A stretch of DNA of 64,000 nucleotides from Candidatus Eiseniibacteriota bacterium (GCA_963776245.1 CAVZLN010000004.1:256001-320000); one strand, 5' to 3'. Counted from the first letter of the stretch, positions 49,638 through 59,976 are shown. The notes: generated from the letters alone by a model not told the origin. Numbers and translations: made by a program.

Positions 49638-50174
49638 ATGAAGCTCCATGTCCTCGTGCCGCACGCGGCCCTCATCGGGTGCGCGTTCGCCGCGGTGACC
49701 CTTGCCGGCACCCTGTTCACGAGCGCTCCCGCGCGAGCGGACATCCAGGTGCGCATCGACATCGGGGGCGCCCCTCCGCCACCCATGATCGTCTTCCGCG
49801 CCCGGCCCCATGAGCGGTTCGATCCCGGAGCGCGCATCTACATCATCGACGATCCCGGCGTGGGGGACTACGACTGCTTCCGTTACGGTGGCTACTACTG
49901 GGTGTTCAACGACGGGTACTGGTATCGAGCGAGAGACTGGCGCGGGCGGTTCGCGGTCGTCCACCCACGCTACGTCCCCACGGCGTTCTATCGCGTGCCG
50001 CCCGCGCGGTGGAAGCACCATCCCAATGGGCCTCCTGACTTCACGCGGAAGAGCGACAGCAGGCCTCCGGGGCTGACCAAGCAGCGTGAAGGCCGAAAGG
50101 GCGACGACGGTGCGCCAGGGCAGAGGCGGGGCGGCAAGGAGAACGAGAAGCAGGGCGGCCAAGGCAAGCGGTAG
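49638..50174 (+). CDS. Exported single-module paralogue of the upstream repeat protein with charged tail
   Basis: Signal peptide; GARIY...YDCFRYGGYYWVFNDGYWYRARDWRGRF..V..RYVP...RVPPARWKHHP matches the repeat; PPGLTK and a Lys/Gly tail. Confidence 0.82.
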   Translation: MKLHVLVPHAALIGCAFAAVTLAGTLFTSAPARADIQVRIDIGGAPPPPMIVFRARPHERFDPGARIYIIDDPGVGDYDCFRYGGYYWVFNDGYWYRARDWRGRFAVVHPRYVPTAFYRVPPARWKHHPNGPPDFTRKSDSRPPGLTKQREGRKGDDGAPGQRRGGKENEKQGGQGKR

Positions 50175-50439
50175 GGCGCAGCGAGCGCGGAGAGCGAGGC
50201 CGCGACGCGGCGCGTCATCCGGATCCACTCATTCCACGAGCATCATCCAGGGGCTCCCGCGGTGGCCATCGCGGGGGCCTCGCTTGGTTGGCGCGGTGAG
50301 CCGGGCCCGATCCGGCCGTCCGTCCGAATCCGGTTGCGATGATTGCTTCGTCGCCGCCTATACTGCGCGCTCATCGCATCGCTTCCGTTCCCGCTCACAC
50401 CCCTGAAGAAGGGGCGACCGCACCTCGGAGGGTCGTCGC

Positions 50440-52215
50440 ATGCCCGCGGCACGGAACCACCACCTGCTCTCCATCCTGCTGTTCGCGCTGGCGCTCCCGC
50501 CATCCGCGCATGCGGCCTGGACGAGCGATCCGCTCACCAATCTTCCGGTCTGTACCGCAGCCGGCCCGCAGATGGACCCGTCCATCGTCACCGACGGAAG
50601 TGGGGGGGCGTTCCTCGTCTGGTCCGATCTTCGGGGCGGGGCGGACTACGACGTGTACGCGCAGCACGTCCTGCGCGGTGGAGTGGTGGACCCGGCCTGG
50701 CCGGTCGGCGGCTTGCTCGTCGCCCCGGCACCGTATGACCAGACCTATCCCAAGAGCGCCCCCGACGGCTCGGGTGGCCTGTTCGTCACCTGGGGCGACT
50801 CCGGTCAGTTGCCCGGAGGGACGTGGTTCTCGGACATCTACGTCCAGCACGTGCTCGCCAACGGCACGTTGGATCCCGCCTGGCCGTCCTCCGGCGCACC
50901 CGTGTGCGTGAACGACGCCGATCAGTTCATCCCGGTGATCGCCCCCGACGGCGCCCACGGCGCCTACATCGCGTGGGTGGACTACCGGATCGACGGCATC
51001 ACGTCGGACCTGTTCGCGCAGCATGTCCTGCCCGACGGGACGTCCGACCCGGCGTGGCCCTCCAACGGCGCTCCGGTCTGCACCGCCCCCAACGACCAAC
51101 TGCTGCCGGTGATCGCCCCCGATGGCATCGGCGGGGCGGTGCTGGTGTGGCAGGACTCGCGCGGGTTCCCGGTCTACGGATGGGGCGCGTTCGCGGCCTA
51201 CGTCCAGCACCTTTCGCCGGCCGGGATCGGCGGGGCTGGCTGGCCGAGCAACGGCCGCGCCGCGAGTGACGGGACGATCTCGCAGGAGGAGCCCGCGATC
51301 ATCGGCGATGGCAGCGGCGGCGCGATCGTCAGCTGGACGGACGCCGGCGGATGGGGGGTCGGGGACATCTATGCCCAGCATGTGATGGCGACCGGAGCCG
51401 TGGACCCGGCCTGGACGACGCGCGGCGTCGCCGTGTGTTCGACCCCGGATGGGAAGCAGGCCCCGCGGCTGGTGTCGGACGGCAGCGGAGGCGCGATCGT
51501 CGGCTGGGAGGATCCGCGCAATCAGGCGACCACCGGCTGGGACATCTACGCCCAGCGCGTCCTCGCGAGTGGCGCGCGGGACCCCGGGTGGCCCATGGAC
51601 GGGATCGCGGCGTGCGTCGCCCCGGACGACCAGGCGCACGTGGCGCTCGCCTCGGACGGCGCGCATGGCGCGATCATCACGTGCTCGAGTGCCCCGCTGC
51701 TCGCGCAGCACCTGCTCTCCAGCGGTACCACCGATCCCGCGTGGCCCGCCGATGGGAGCACGATCTCGTCCGCGCCATGGGCCAAGCAGTATCCCGCCAT
51801 GCTCGCCGACGGCGAGGGGGGCGCGACCATCGTCTGGGAGGACTACCGAGCGAGCGGCACCACCGACATCGACATCTACGCTCAGCACGTGCGGAGCGAC
51901 GGCGTGCTCGGAAGCCCCCTGGCCAGCGCACCGCGCTCCTCCGGGCCCGCCCTGTCGCTCGAGCCCGTGTCCCCGAATCCTTCGCGCGGCGGGTCGGCCA
52001 CGGTCCGCTTCTCACTGAAGGGCGACACCCCGGCCTCGCTCGGGCTGTTCGATGTCCACGGTCGCGTCGCCGCGACTTGGGACATCGGATCACTGGGCGC
52101 CGGGCCGCATGCCGTCCGGCTCGGCGGTGCGAGTCGCGTCGCCCCCGGGCTCTATTTCGTGCGACTCGAGCAGGGGGGCGTGGTGCGCGTCTCGCGCTGG
52201 GCCGTGCTCGAGTGA
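50440..52215 (+). CDS. Exported 8-repeat beta-propeller protein with T9SS-type-A/FlgD-like C-terminal domain
   Basis: Signal peptide; 8 repeats of DG.GGA...W.D...DIYAQH/RV...DPAWP..G; tail SPNPSRG...FDVHGRV...PGLYFVRL. Confidence 0.8.
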   Translation: MPAARNHHLLSILLFALALPPSAHAAWTSDPLTNLPVCTAAGPQMDPSIVTDGSGGAFLVWSDLRGGADYDVYAQHVLRGGVVDPAWPVGGLLVAPAPYDQTYPKSAPDGSGGLFVTWGDSGQLPGGTWFSDIYVQHVLANGTLDPAWPSSGAPVCVNDADQFIPVIAPDGAHGAYIAWVDYRIDGITSDLFAQHVLPDGTSDPAWPSNGAPVCTAPNDQLLPVIAPDGIGGAVLVWQDSRGFPVYGWGAFAAYVQHLSPAGIGGAGWPSNGRAASDGTISQEEPAIIGDGSGGAIVSWTDAGGWGVGDIYAQHVMATGAVDPAWTTRGVAVCSTPDGKQAPRLVSDGSGGAIVGWEDPRNQATTGWDIYAQRVLASGARDPGWPMDGIAACVAPDDQAHVALASDGAHGAIITCSSAPLLAQHLLSSGTTDPAWPADGSTISSAPWAKQYPAMLADGEGGATIVWEDYRASGTTDIDIYAQHVRSDGVLGSPLASAPRSSGPALSLEPVSPNPSRGGSATVRFSLKGDTPASLGLFDVHGRVAATWDIGSLGAGPHAVRLGGASRVAPGLYFVRLEQGGVVRVSRWAVLE

Positions 52216-52404
52216 GCTGGAGCGGCTCCGCTCCGTCCCGGAAGGATGCGCCAGTCCAAGCGGGGTCCAGGATCCGTACTTGGGTGTCCCGGTCCTGACT
52301 GTCTATAGTCGGTTCATTCCGGCCCGCGCATCGGCCATCGCGGCATCCGCCGGGGCGAATGATCCGCTGGCGGTCCACGCGAGGGGCAGGTGGGAGACAA
52401 GCGT

Positions 52405-53919
52405 GTGAGCGGCTCGAGCCCGTACATCGTGCGGCATCGCAGAGTCCGAGGTTCACGCTGTCGTCGAAGATTGCGTGTCCTGTTCTCGGCCGGCGCTGGC
52501 GCGCTCCTGGGGGCATCGCCCTGCCTGGCGGCGTGGCCGAGCGCCCCCGCATCCAACCTGCCGGTGTGCACCGCTCCCGTGGCCCAGGACGCACCTCAGA
52601 TCGCTTCCGAAGGTTCGGGCGGGACGATCCTCGTCTGGCAGACCACGAGTCCGACCGCCACCGGGGGGGTCTTTGCCCAGCGTGTCGATCGAGCGGGCAT
52701 GGGCGCGTGGGGCGCTGATGGCATCGCAGTCTGCACCGCCGAGAGCGAGCAGCGGCAACCGAAGGTTGCCGTGGATTCCGCCGGCGGGGTCGTCGTCGTC
52801 TGGCAGGACTTCCGTTCCGGCGAGGACTGGGACGTCTACGCCCAGAGGATCGATCGCTTCGGCCGCCTGAGGTGGGGCGCCCCCGGCGTGAGGATCTCGG
52901 GCGCCCCGGGCGACCAGGTCGAGCCCCAGATCGCGGCCGACGGCTACGGTGGCGCTCTCATCGCCTGGCGGGATTCGCGGGTGGATGGGGAGTGGGATCT
53001 CTACGCCCAGGCCATCGACAGTGCCGGACAGGTGCGGTGGTCCGCCGACGGGATCGCCGTCCGCTCCGGTCCAGGCACCCCGACGCAACTGCAGATCGTG
53101 ACGGTGGATCCAGGTGGAGGCGTCTTCGTGTGGCGAGATTCGCCTGACGATGGTGAGTCGAGCCGTGTCGGTGCGCAGCGTGTCGATCCCGAGGGAAGTC
53201 TGATGTGGGGTCCGAACGGCGTGGTGGTGGACGACGGTGCCGCGCCGGATGCCCACCCGGTGGCCGTCGGCGACGGCCGAGGCGGCTGCATCGTGGCCTG
53301 GGAGTCCGGGCCCGTCCATGCGCAACGACTCGACGAACTCGGGCTTCGGGCCTGGGGCGACGAGGGGGTGGCCCTCTCGACCCGAGATGGAATGGCACCC
53401 GCGATCGTCTCGGACGACCGGGGAGGCGCGACCATCGCCTGGCAGACCGAGCCCTTCGACGAGGACGCGGCGGACATCCGGATGCAATCGGTGCGCGCTT
53501 CGGGCACGCTCCGCTGGAGCGCCGATGGAGTCTCCGTATGCCAGGCATCAGGCGCGCAGGCGGAGGTCGCCGTGGTCCGTGCCGCGCCCGGTGGCGCGAT
53601 CGTGATGTGGCGGGACGCGCGTGACGACCCGTTTGGGGATCTGTACGCCCAGAGGGTCGACAGCTCGGGGGCGATGCGCTGGGCGGCGGACGGCATCGTG
53701 GTCAGCGATGCTCCCGGCTTCCAGGGATCGCTCACGGTCACCGCCGACGGGTATGGGGGAGCCATCGCCGCATGGTGCGACGGCCGCGTCGGGCGACACA
53801 TCTACGCGCAACGCGTGAGCCCCGGGGGGCGCCTGGGTGGCGTCCTGGGCGAGGCGGATGCCCCGCCCTCGGTTCGGCGCCGACGCCATGCGGGAGGGGC
53901 CGGACCCCGACCCAGGTGA
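52405..53919 (+). CDS. Paralogous 8-repeat beta-propeller protein lacking the C-terminal sorting domain (start uncertain)
   Basis: AW...NLPVCTA N-terminus as in the neighbour; 8 DG.GG...W.D...YAQRVD..G...W..DG repeats. Confidence 0.75.
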   Translation: MSGSSPYIVRHRRVRGSRCRRRLRVLFSAGAGALLGASPCLAAWPSAPASNLPVCTAPVAQDAPQIASEGSGGTILVWQTTSPTATGGVFAQRVDRAGMGAWGADGIAVCTAESEQRQPKVAVDSAGGVVVVWQDFRSGEDWDVYAQRIDRFGRLRWGAPGVRISGAPGDQVEPQIAADGYGGALIAWRDSRVDGEWDLYAQAIDSAGQVRWSADGIAVRSGPGTPTQLQIVTVDPGGGVFVWRDSPDDGESSRVGAQRVDPEGSLMWGPNGVVVDDGAAPDAHPVAVGDGRGGCIVAWESGPVHAQRLDELGLRAWGDEGVALSTRDGMAPAIVSDDRGGATIAWQTEPFDEDAADIRMQSVRASGTLRWSADGVSVCQASGAQAEVAVVRAAPGGAIVMWRDARDDPFGDLYAQRVDSSGAMRWAADGIVVSDAPGFQGSLTVTADGYGGAIAAWCDGRVGRHIYAQRVSPGGRLGGVLGEADAPPSVRRRRHAGGAGPRPR

Positions 53920-54191
53920 GCGATCGGTCACGCATCGAGAGCGCACTCTGGATCGGCGCCAAGTCGCCCGACTTCAAGCTCGACGGCTCCCAGGGTCGGG
54001 CGGTCATGCTCTCCGACCCGACCGGCCACGTCTCCCAGAACTACGGGATGTACGGCGCCGAGGATGAGGCCATCCAGCCGGAGATCGTGCTGCTCGATCC
54101 GAAAGGCATCGTCCGGATGGCGGTTCTCGGCCCGACACTTCACCCCGACGAGGTGCTGCAGCTCGTCAAGCACGCGGTGACTGGCGCCTGA
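53916..54191 (+). pseudogene. Internally deleted AhpC/TSA (peroxiredoxin-like) ORF with no cysteine
   Basis: IGAKSPDFKLDGSQGRAVMLSD is joined directly to PTGHVSQNYG...IVLLDPKGIVR; PxxxTxxC region absent. Confidence 0.6.
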
Positions 54192-54340
54192 GCGCCGACG
54201 GGCCCGAACCGGTTGCGAGATGGGGTGACCGGAAGACGACGACCCCGGCATGCGCAGCCGTCGGCCCGGTGCCGCGACATTCCGCGATGCGGGTTGCGGA
54301 TCGTCGCGGCGCCCGGCAGACTCCCGTTCCCGGAGGCCTG

Positions 54341-54784
54341 ATGCCCGCAGGAACTGTGGTACCCAACGTCGTCCACGTGATCCAGCTCGCGGTCGCGCCC
54401 GTCTTCCTGCTCTCGGGCGTGGGCGTGATCCTGACCGTGCTTACCAACCGGCTGGCGCGCATCATCGACCGCGCGCGCCTGCTGGAAGACCGGCTGCTCA
54501 CGGAACCGGCCGACCGTCTGGCCGAGATGCACTCCGAATTGTCCCTGCTCTCGCACCGGGCCTGGATGGTGAACCTGGCGCTCACGCTCAGCACGAGCTG
54601 CGCGTTGCTGGTGTGCCTGGTGATCGCGCTCCTGTTCGTCGGGAGCGCGCTCGTCATCGATCTGGGCACGGTCATCTCGATCATGTTCGTGACCGCGATG
54701 GCGGCCCTGATCGGGGGCCTGAGCATCTTCCTGCGGGAGATCTACCTCGGCACCGCCAACCTGCGCATCGGACGCCACCGGTGA
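54341..54784 (+). CDS. DUF2721-like membrane protein
   Basis: GGAGG RBS; IQLAVAPVFLLSGVG..L.VLTNRLARIIDRAR, FLREI. Confidence 0.85.
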   Translation: MPAGTVVPNVVHVIQLAVAPVFLLSGVGVILTVLTNRLARIIDRARLLEDRLLTEPADRLAEMHSELSLLSHRAWMVNLALTLSTSCALLVCLVIALLFVGSALVIDLGTVISIMFVTAMAALIGGLSIFLREIYLGTANLRIGRHR

Positions 54785-54857
54785 ATCCGAGATCCCGCGC
54801 GCGGAGCCCAGCGCACCGGCGGCCTGACGATCACGACCGGGATCCGAGGAGGATGGG

Positions 54858-54989
54858 CTACTTGCCCTTCCTGGCGGGCGGGGCGGGAGCCGGATGCGCC
54901 TTGTTGAAGGCGTCGACCTGCTTCTGCTTCTTCTCCGTCGCGTCCTGCTTCTTGAGCCGCTCTTTCGACTTCGGAGACTTGTCGCCCAT
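54858..54989 (-). CDS. 43-aa lysine-rich small protein
   Basis: MGDKSPKSKERLKKQDATEKKQKQVDAFNKAHPAPAPPARKGK; AAG-rich coding pattern, GAGG upstream, TGnTAGAGT further upstream. Confidence 0.65.
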   Translation of the reverse strand: MGDKSPKSKERLKKQDATEKKQKQVDAFNKAHPAPAPPARKGK

Positions 54990-55118
54990 GGACCACCGCC
55001 TCGGGTTGGGGTGACTGGAGGAGTCCGCGACCGCGTCGCACTCTACCACCTCGGTGACATCATGATGCCGATCAATGCCTGTCCGATCCTGGAACATCGG
55101 AAGGGGGGGAGGCGGCGG

Positions 55119-55940
55119 ATGGCGACGATACGGTGTCGTCGAGCGATCCTCGCCGCGGCGGCACTGCTCTGCGCGGGCGTCGGAGTGGCCACCGCAGGGG
55201 AAGCCACGGCCGTGCCGGACCCGCACGCGGTGCAGCCGGAGCGTCCGACGGTGGCCACCCATGCGCACACCGTCGCTCCCGGCTGGGTCGAGATCGAAGC
55301 CGGGATCGAGCACGACCGATTCCCGGGCGGCGGCCGGATCGAGAGCGCGTCCGCGACGACCAAGTTCGGGCTGACGGTGCGCACCCAGCTCGCCCTCACC
55401 ACTGTCGGGGTCCGCGACCCGGCGGATCCCTCGCGAAGCTCGGGCATCGGCGACCTCGGGCTCGCACTCAAGTGGCGACCGCTCGACCGCGCGCCGTGGA
55501 TCGGCGACTTCGCCCTGCTTCCGGCGCTGAAGCTGCCCACCGGCTCGCACCGGCGCGGAACCGGCACCGGCACGACCGACGCGTCGCTCGTCCTGGTCTC
55601 GAGCCATGCGTTCGGGCCATCGTCGCTGGACCTCAACCTCAGCGGCACATTGCGGAGCGGCAGCGGCACCACGGCGCCGAAGCGCGCGTCTCTCTGGGCC
55701 GCCGCGCTCGGCCTTCCGCTCGCGGGTGCGCTCGGCTGGGCCGCGGAGCTCTACGGCTATCCGGGCACGACCGGACCGAGCGCAGCCGCACCGTTGCTCG
55801 CGGTGCTGTTCGGGCCCACGTGGACGCCGCGCCCGTGGCTGGAGCTGGATGCCGGGGCGATCGTCCCGGTCTCCGGCCCCCAGCCTCACGCGCTCTATGC
55901 CGGGCTGGTGTGGAACGTGGGCACTCTCCACCAACGATGA
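55119..55940 (+). CDS. Exported beta-barrel of the MetA-pathway phenol degradation-like (transporter) family
   Basis: GGAGG RBS, signal peptide, PERPTVATHAHTV.PG..EIEAG, GIGDLGLALKW, LKLPTG. Confidence 0.7.
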   Translation: MATIRCRRAILAAAALLCAGVGVATAGEATAVPDPHAVQPERPTVATHAHTVAPGWVEIEAGIEHDRFPGGGRIESASATTKFGLTVRTQLALTTVGVRDPADPSRSSGIGDLGLALKWRPLDRAPWIGDFALLPALKLPTGSHRRGTGTGTTDASLVLVSSHAFGPSSLDLNLSGTLRSGSGTTAPKRASLWAAALGLPLAGALGWAAELYGYPGTTGPSAAAPLLAVLFGPTWTPRPWLELDAGAIVPVSGPQPHALYAGLVWNVGTLHQR

Positions 55941-56040
55941 CCTCGATCGCGGTGCGGGCCAGGGTCCCGGTGATGGTCGGGTGCCGGCCGGGATGGGAGC
56001 GCGCCTGCGCCGGGCCAGGCGGCCCCGGGGACGCGCTCCT

Positions 56041-57292
56041 CTACTCGTAGCGCAGCGCGTCGATGGGATCGAGCCGGGACGCGCGGATCGCGGGGAGGAG
56101 GCCGAACCCGATCCCCACCATCGAGCAGAAGACCAGCCCGATGACCGCCCACTCCAGCGGCACGCGCGCGTCGTAGTGCGCGAACAGGGAGACGAGGTTG
56201 CCGAGCCCGAAGCCCACCAGGACGCCGACCACGCCGCCGATGTTGCAGAGGATCACGGCCTCCAGCAGGAACTGGGTCAGGATGCTGCGGCGTGGGGCGC
56301 CCAGCGCCTTGCGGATGCCGATCTCGCGGGTCCGCTCGGTCACCGCCACCAGCATGATGTTCATGATCCCGATGCCGGCCACCACCAGCGCGATGATGCC
56401 GATGACGAAGGCCGCGATCTTGATGCCCATGCTCATCGTGTTGAACTGCGTGATCAGGCTCTCGCTGCTGAAGAGGTCGAAGTTGTCGGGTTCGCTCGGC
56501 CGCAGCCCGCGGTCGCGGCGCAGCACCTGCCGGGTCTCCTCGATCGCCTCCGGCATCAGCGCGGGGGTCTTCGCGCGCACCGTGATGTTGACCGAGCGGC
56601 GCGATGCCGTTCGCGATCCACCATGCCGTAGGTGTCCAGGAAGGTCGTGACCGGGATGAGGACGTAGTTGTCGAAGTTCCCGCCGAACGCCGACTTCTTC
56701 TCGTCGAACACGCCGATGACGCGGTACTTGCGCCCGTCCACGCGGATCTCGCGCCCGATCGGGTCGACGAACGGGAAGAGCTTGCTGGCCGATGGCGTAG
56801 CCGATGACCGCGACCCGGCCCGCGCTCCTCACGTCCATCGGCGAGAGATTCCGGCCCAGCCCGACGTAGTGCGTGTTGTTGGTCGGATACTCGGGCGTGC
56901 CGCCGACGATGGAGATGTTCGGGTTGGTGGTCTCGCCGCGGTACGCGACCGTGAAGCCGAAGTCCCAGAGCTCGGAGCCGACCAGGTCGACGGTCTTGAC
57001 GCTGCTCGCGGATGCCGTCGGCGTTCTCCAGCGTGAGCGGCGGCCGGCGCATGGCGCGGCGCCGATCGGCGTCCGAATCGAAGCCGCCCGCCGGCCACTT
57101 CTGGACCTGGAAGGTCTGGGCCCCGAGGACGCTCATCTCCCTCTCCATGGTGCCCTGCACGACCGAGATCGCGGTCATCACGGCGATGATCGACGCCACG
57201 CCGGCCACGATGCCCACCAGCGTCAGCGCGGACCGCAGCTTGTTGCCCACGATCGCCCTCAGGGACATGGCCAGCGCGTCACGGAAGTGCAC
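56041..57292 (-). CDS. MacB/FtsX-like ABC permease, frameshifted near 57000, 56785 and 56605
   Basis: [13 protein letters not shown]-terminus; [37 protein letters not shown]; pieces lie in different frames. Confidence 0.85.
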
Positions 57293-57315
57293 GGTCGAGC
57301 CTCGGGGTCACGGCC

Positions 57316-58561
57316 TCACTCGTAGCGCAGCGACTCGATCGGGTCGAGACGCGCCGCGCGGAACGCCGGCACGATCCCGGCGAACACGCCGACCGCGATG
57401 GACACCAGGACCGCGATGACCACGATCGGGCAGGGACACGCTGGCCGGCATCAGCAGGGCGTTGATCACGGCCGTCACGATCAGCGCCAGCAGCGATCCC
57501 GACCACCCCGCCCAGCAGGCAGATGGTCGACGACTCCAGCAGGAACTGGAGCAGGATGCTGCGCCGCGTGGCCCCGATGGCCTTGCGGATGCCGATCTCG
57601 CGGGTGCGCTCGGTGACCGAGACGAACATGATGTTCATCACCCCGATCGCGCCGACGAACAGCGAGATGCCGGTGACCAGCAGACCCACCAGCAGCACCA
57701 CGCCCATGACGTTGTTGAAGGTGCCCACCAGCGTGTCCAGCTTGTTGATCGAGAAGTCGTCGGGCTCGGCGGGCCGCAGCCGCGCGGATCGTCCGCATCT
57801 CGCCGATCACCTCGTACTCGAGGTCGGCGAGCGCCTCCCGCGAGGGCGCCTTGACCGCGATGTCGACATTCTGGCGCCGGCGGTCGCCGCCGAACGCCTT
57901 CACGTAGGAGGTGATCGGGACGAAGACCTGCCGGTCGAAGTTGGGACCGCCGAGGAAGCTGCCGCCCTGCTTCTCCATGACGCCGATCACGCGGAACTCG
58001 GCGCGGCCGATCCGGATGCGACTGGTTGAGCGGATCGGCGGTCCCGAACAGCCCGTCGCGGACGGCGCTGCCGATCACGCACACGTTCCGCTTGTGCTGG
58101 ACGTCGAAGGACAGCAGGAAGCGGCCGCTCTGCGGCCGGGCGCTGGACAGGGCGGTCTGCTTCTCGGTGGTGCCGATGGATCGTGACCCCTTCCATGGTC
58201 TCGGCCCGGTACTTCACGTCCTGCTGGCCGTTGAGCGAGGGATTGACGATCGCCCGGCCGCGCATCCGCTCGCTCCAGGGCGCGCGCCTCCCGCAGGTCG
58301 AGGTAGGGGCGGTTGCGGTACCGGAAGAAGTCGTTCATGACCACCCACGGCATGCGCGACACGTAGATGACGTCCGCGCCCACCGCGGAGAAGCTCTCGC
58401 GGAACCGGTTGTACAGCCCGTTGGCCGCGGTCATGGTGGTCACCACCGCGACGATGCCGATGATGATGCCGAGGGTGGTCAGGACGCCGCGCGCCAGGTT
58501 GGCGCGCAGCGACGCGCAGCGCGATGCGGAACGCTTCCCCGAGGTCGATCGCCAGCTTCAT
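57316..58561 (-). CDS. Second MacB/FtsX-like ABC permease with multiple frameshifts
   Basis: [14 protein letters not shown] start; [27 protein letters not shown]; ends ESLRYE-TGA at 57316; split over several ORFs. Confidence 0.82.
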
Positions 58562-58580
58562 GGGGCCGCGCCGGCCGCGC

Positions 58581-59850
58581 TCACGACCCGGCGCCGGTCG
58601 CCCGGTCGGGCTTCTTGGGGTTCTGGTCGATCGTGACGGCCGCGCCGTTCTCGAGGTCCTTGGAGATGGCCCGGTAGCTGCCGCTGACGACCTCCTCGCC
58701 ATCCCGCAGGCCCGAGAGGATCTCGATGAGCACGTCGTTCTGGATCCCGGTCTTCACCTGCCGGGCGACCGCCTTGCCCTTGTCGACCGCGAAGACGATC
58801 TCCACGAACCCGTCGCGATCGGGCTGGAAGCGCTTCTCCGCGTCCGCCCGCTTCTCGCCCTTCCTCGTGAGCTGGTCCACCGCCCGGATGGCGACGCTCT
58901 GCAGGGGCACGCTCAGCGCGCTCTCGTTGGTCTTCGTGACGATCTCCGCGCTGGCCGTCATGCCGGGGCGCAGCGTCTTCGGGGGATCCTTGATCCCGAT
59001 CTTGATCTTGAACTCCGTCTTCTGGTCCGCCGTGCCCACCCCGGCGGTGTTCGCGCTGCTCGAGATCTCGGAGACCACGCCGGTGAGCGGATGATCCGAG
59101 CATCGCGTCGACCTCGATCTCGGCCTTCTGCCCGACCGCGATGGAGGTCACGTCGCTCTCGTCGACGTTCACCTCGGCCTCCATCTCGTTGAGATCGGCG
59201 ACCACGAGGATGACGTCCTTCTGGAACTGCGACCCGAGCGCGATCTCGCCCTGTTCCTTGTTCAGGGCGCTGATGGTGCCCGACATGGGGGCGTAGATGG
59301 TCGTCTTGGACAGGTCGGCCCGCGCCTGCTTGAGGGCGGCCTTCGCCTGCTCCACCTGGTCCCGGACCGACTGATAGCGGGCCGCCTCCACCTGGAACTC
59401 GGCCTGCTTGGCCTCGAACACCGCCTGCGACTCCATGCCCCCGGCCAGCAGCTCCTTCGACCGGCCGAACTCCTTCTCGGCCCGGTTCATGTTCTGGCGC
59501 ACCAGGGTGGCGTTCGCCTCGGCGGAGTGCACGTTCGCCTCGGCGCTCTCGACCGCCGCCACGTAGCGCTCGCGGTCGAGGCTCACGAGCAGGGCGCCCT
59601 TCTCGACCCACTGCCCCTCCACGACCGGCAGCTGGATGATCTTGGCGCTGACGTCGGCGCTGATCTCCACCTGGGTCTTGGGCCGGATCTTGCCCGTGGC
59701 GCTGACCTTCTGCACGATCCGCTGGCGGGCGACCTTCGCCGTCTGCACCACCAGGGGCTTGGCGCCGCGACTGCGGACGGCAGCGAATCCGACGATGCCG
59801 GCCACGACCACGATCGCGGCGCCGATCAGCAGAACCTTCTTCTTCCTCAT
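58581..59850 (-). CDS. Efflux periplasmic adaptor (MacA-like), one frameshift near 59090
   Basis: N-terminal TM, VSATGKIRPKTQVEISADVS, TTIYAPMSGTI, LRPGMTASAEI, EILSGLRDGEEVVSG. Confidence 0.87.
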
Positions 59851-59976
59851 GACTCCGCGCTCCCCATCGGATGCTTGGGCGTAGGAGGGACGGTCCCCCC
59901 GGCCGAGACGGTACGGTTACGTGCGCCATCATCGCAAGGTTTCCGCGAAACTCATGCGTTGCTGTAGATTCCCTCG

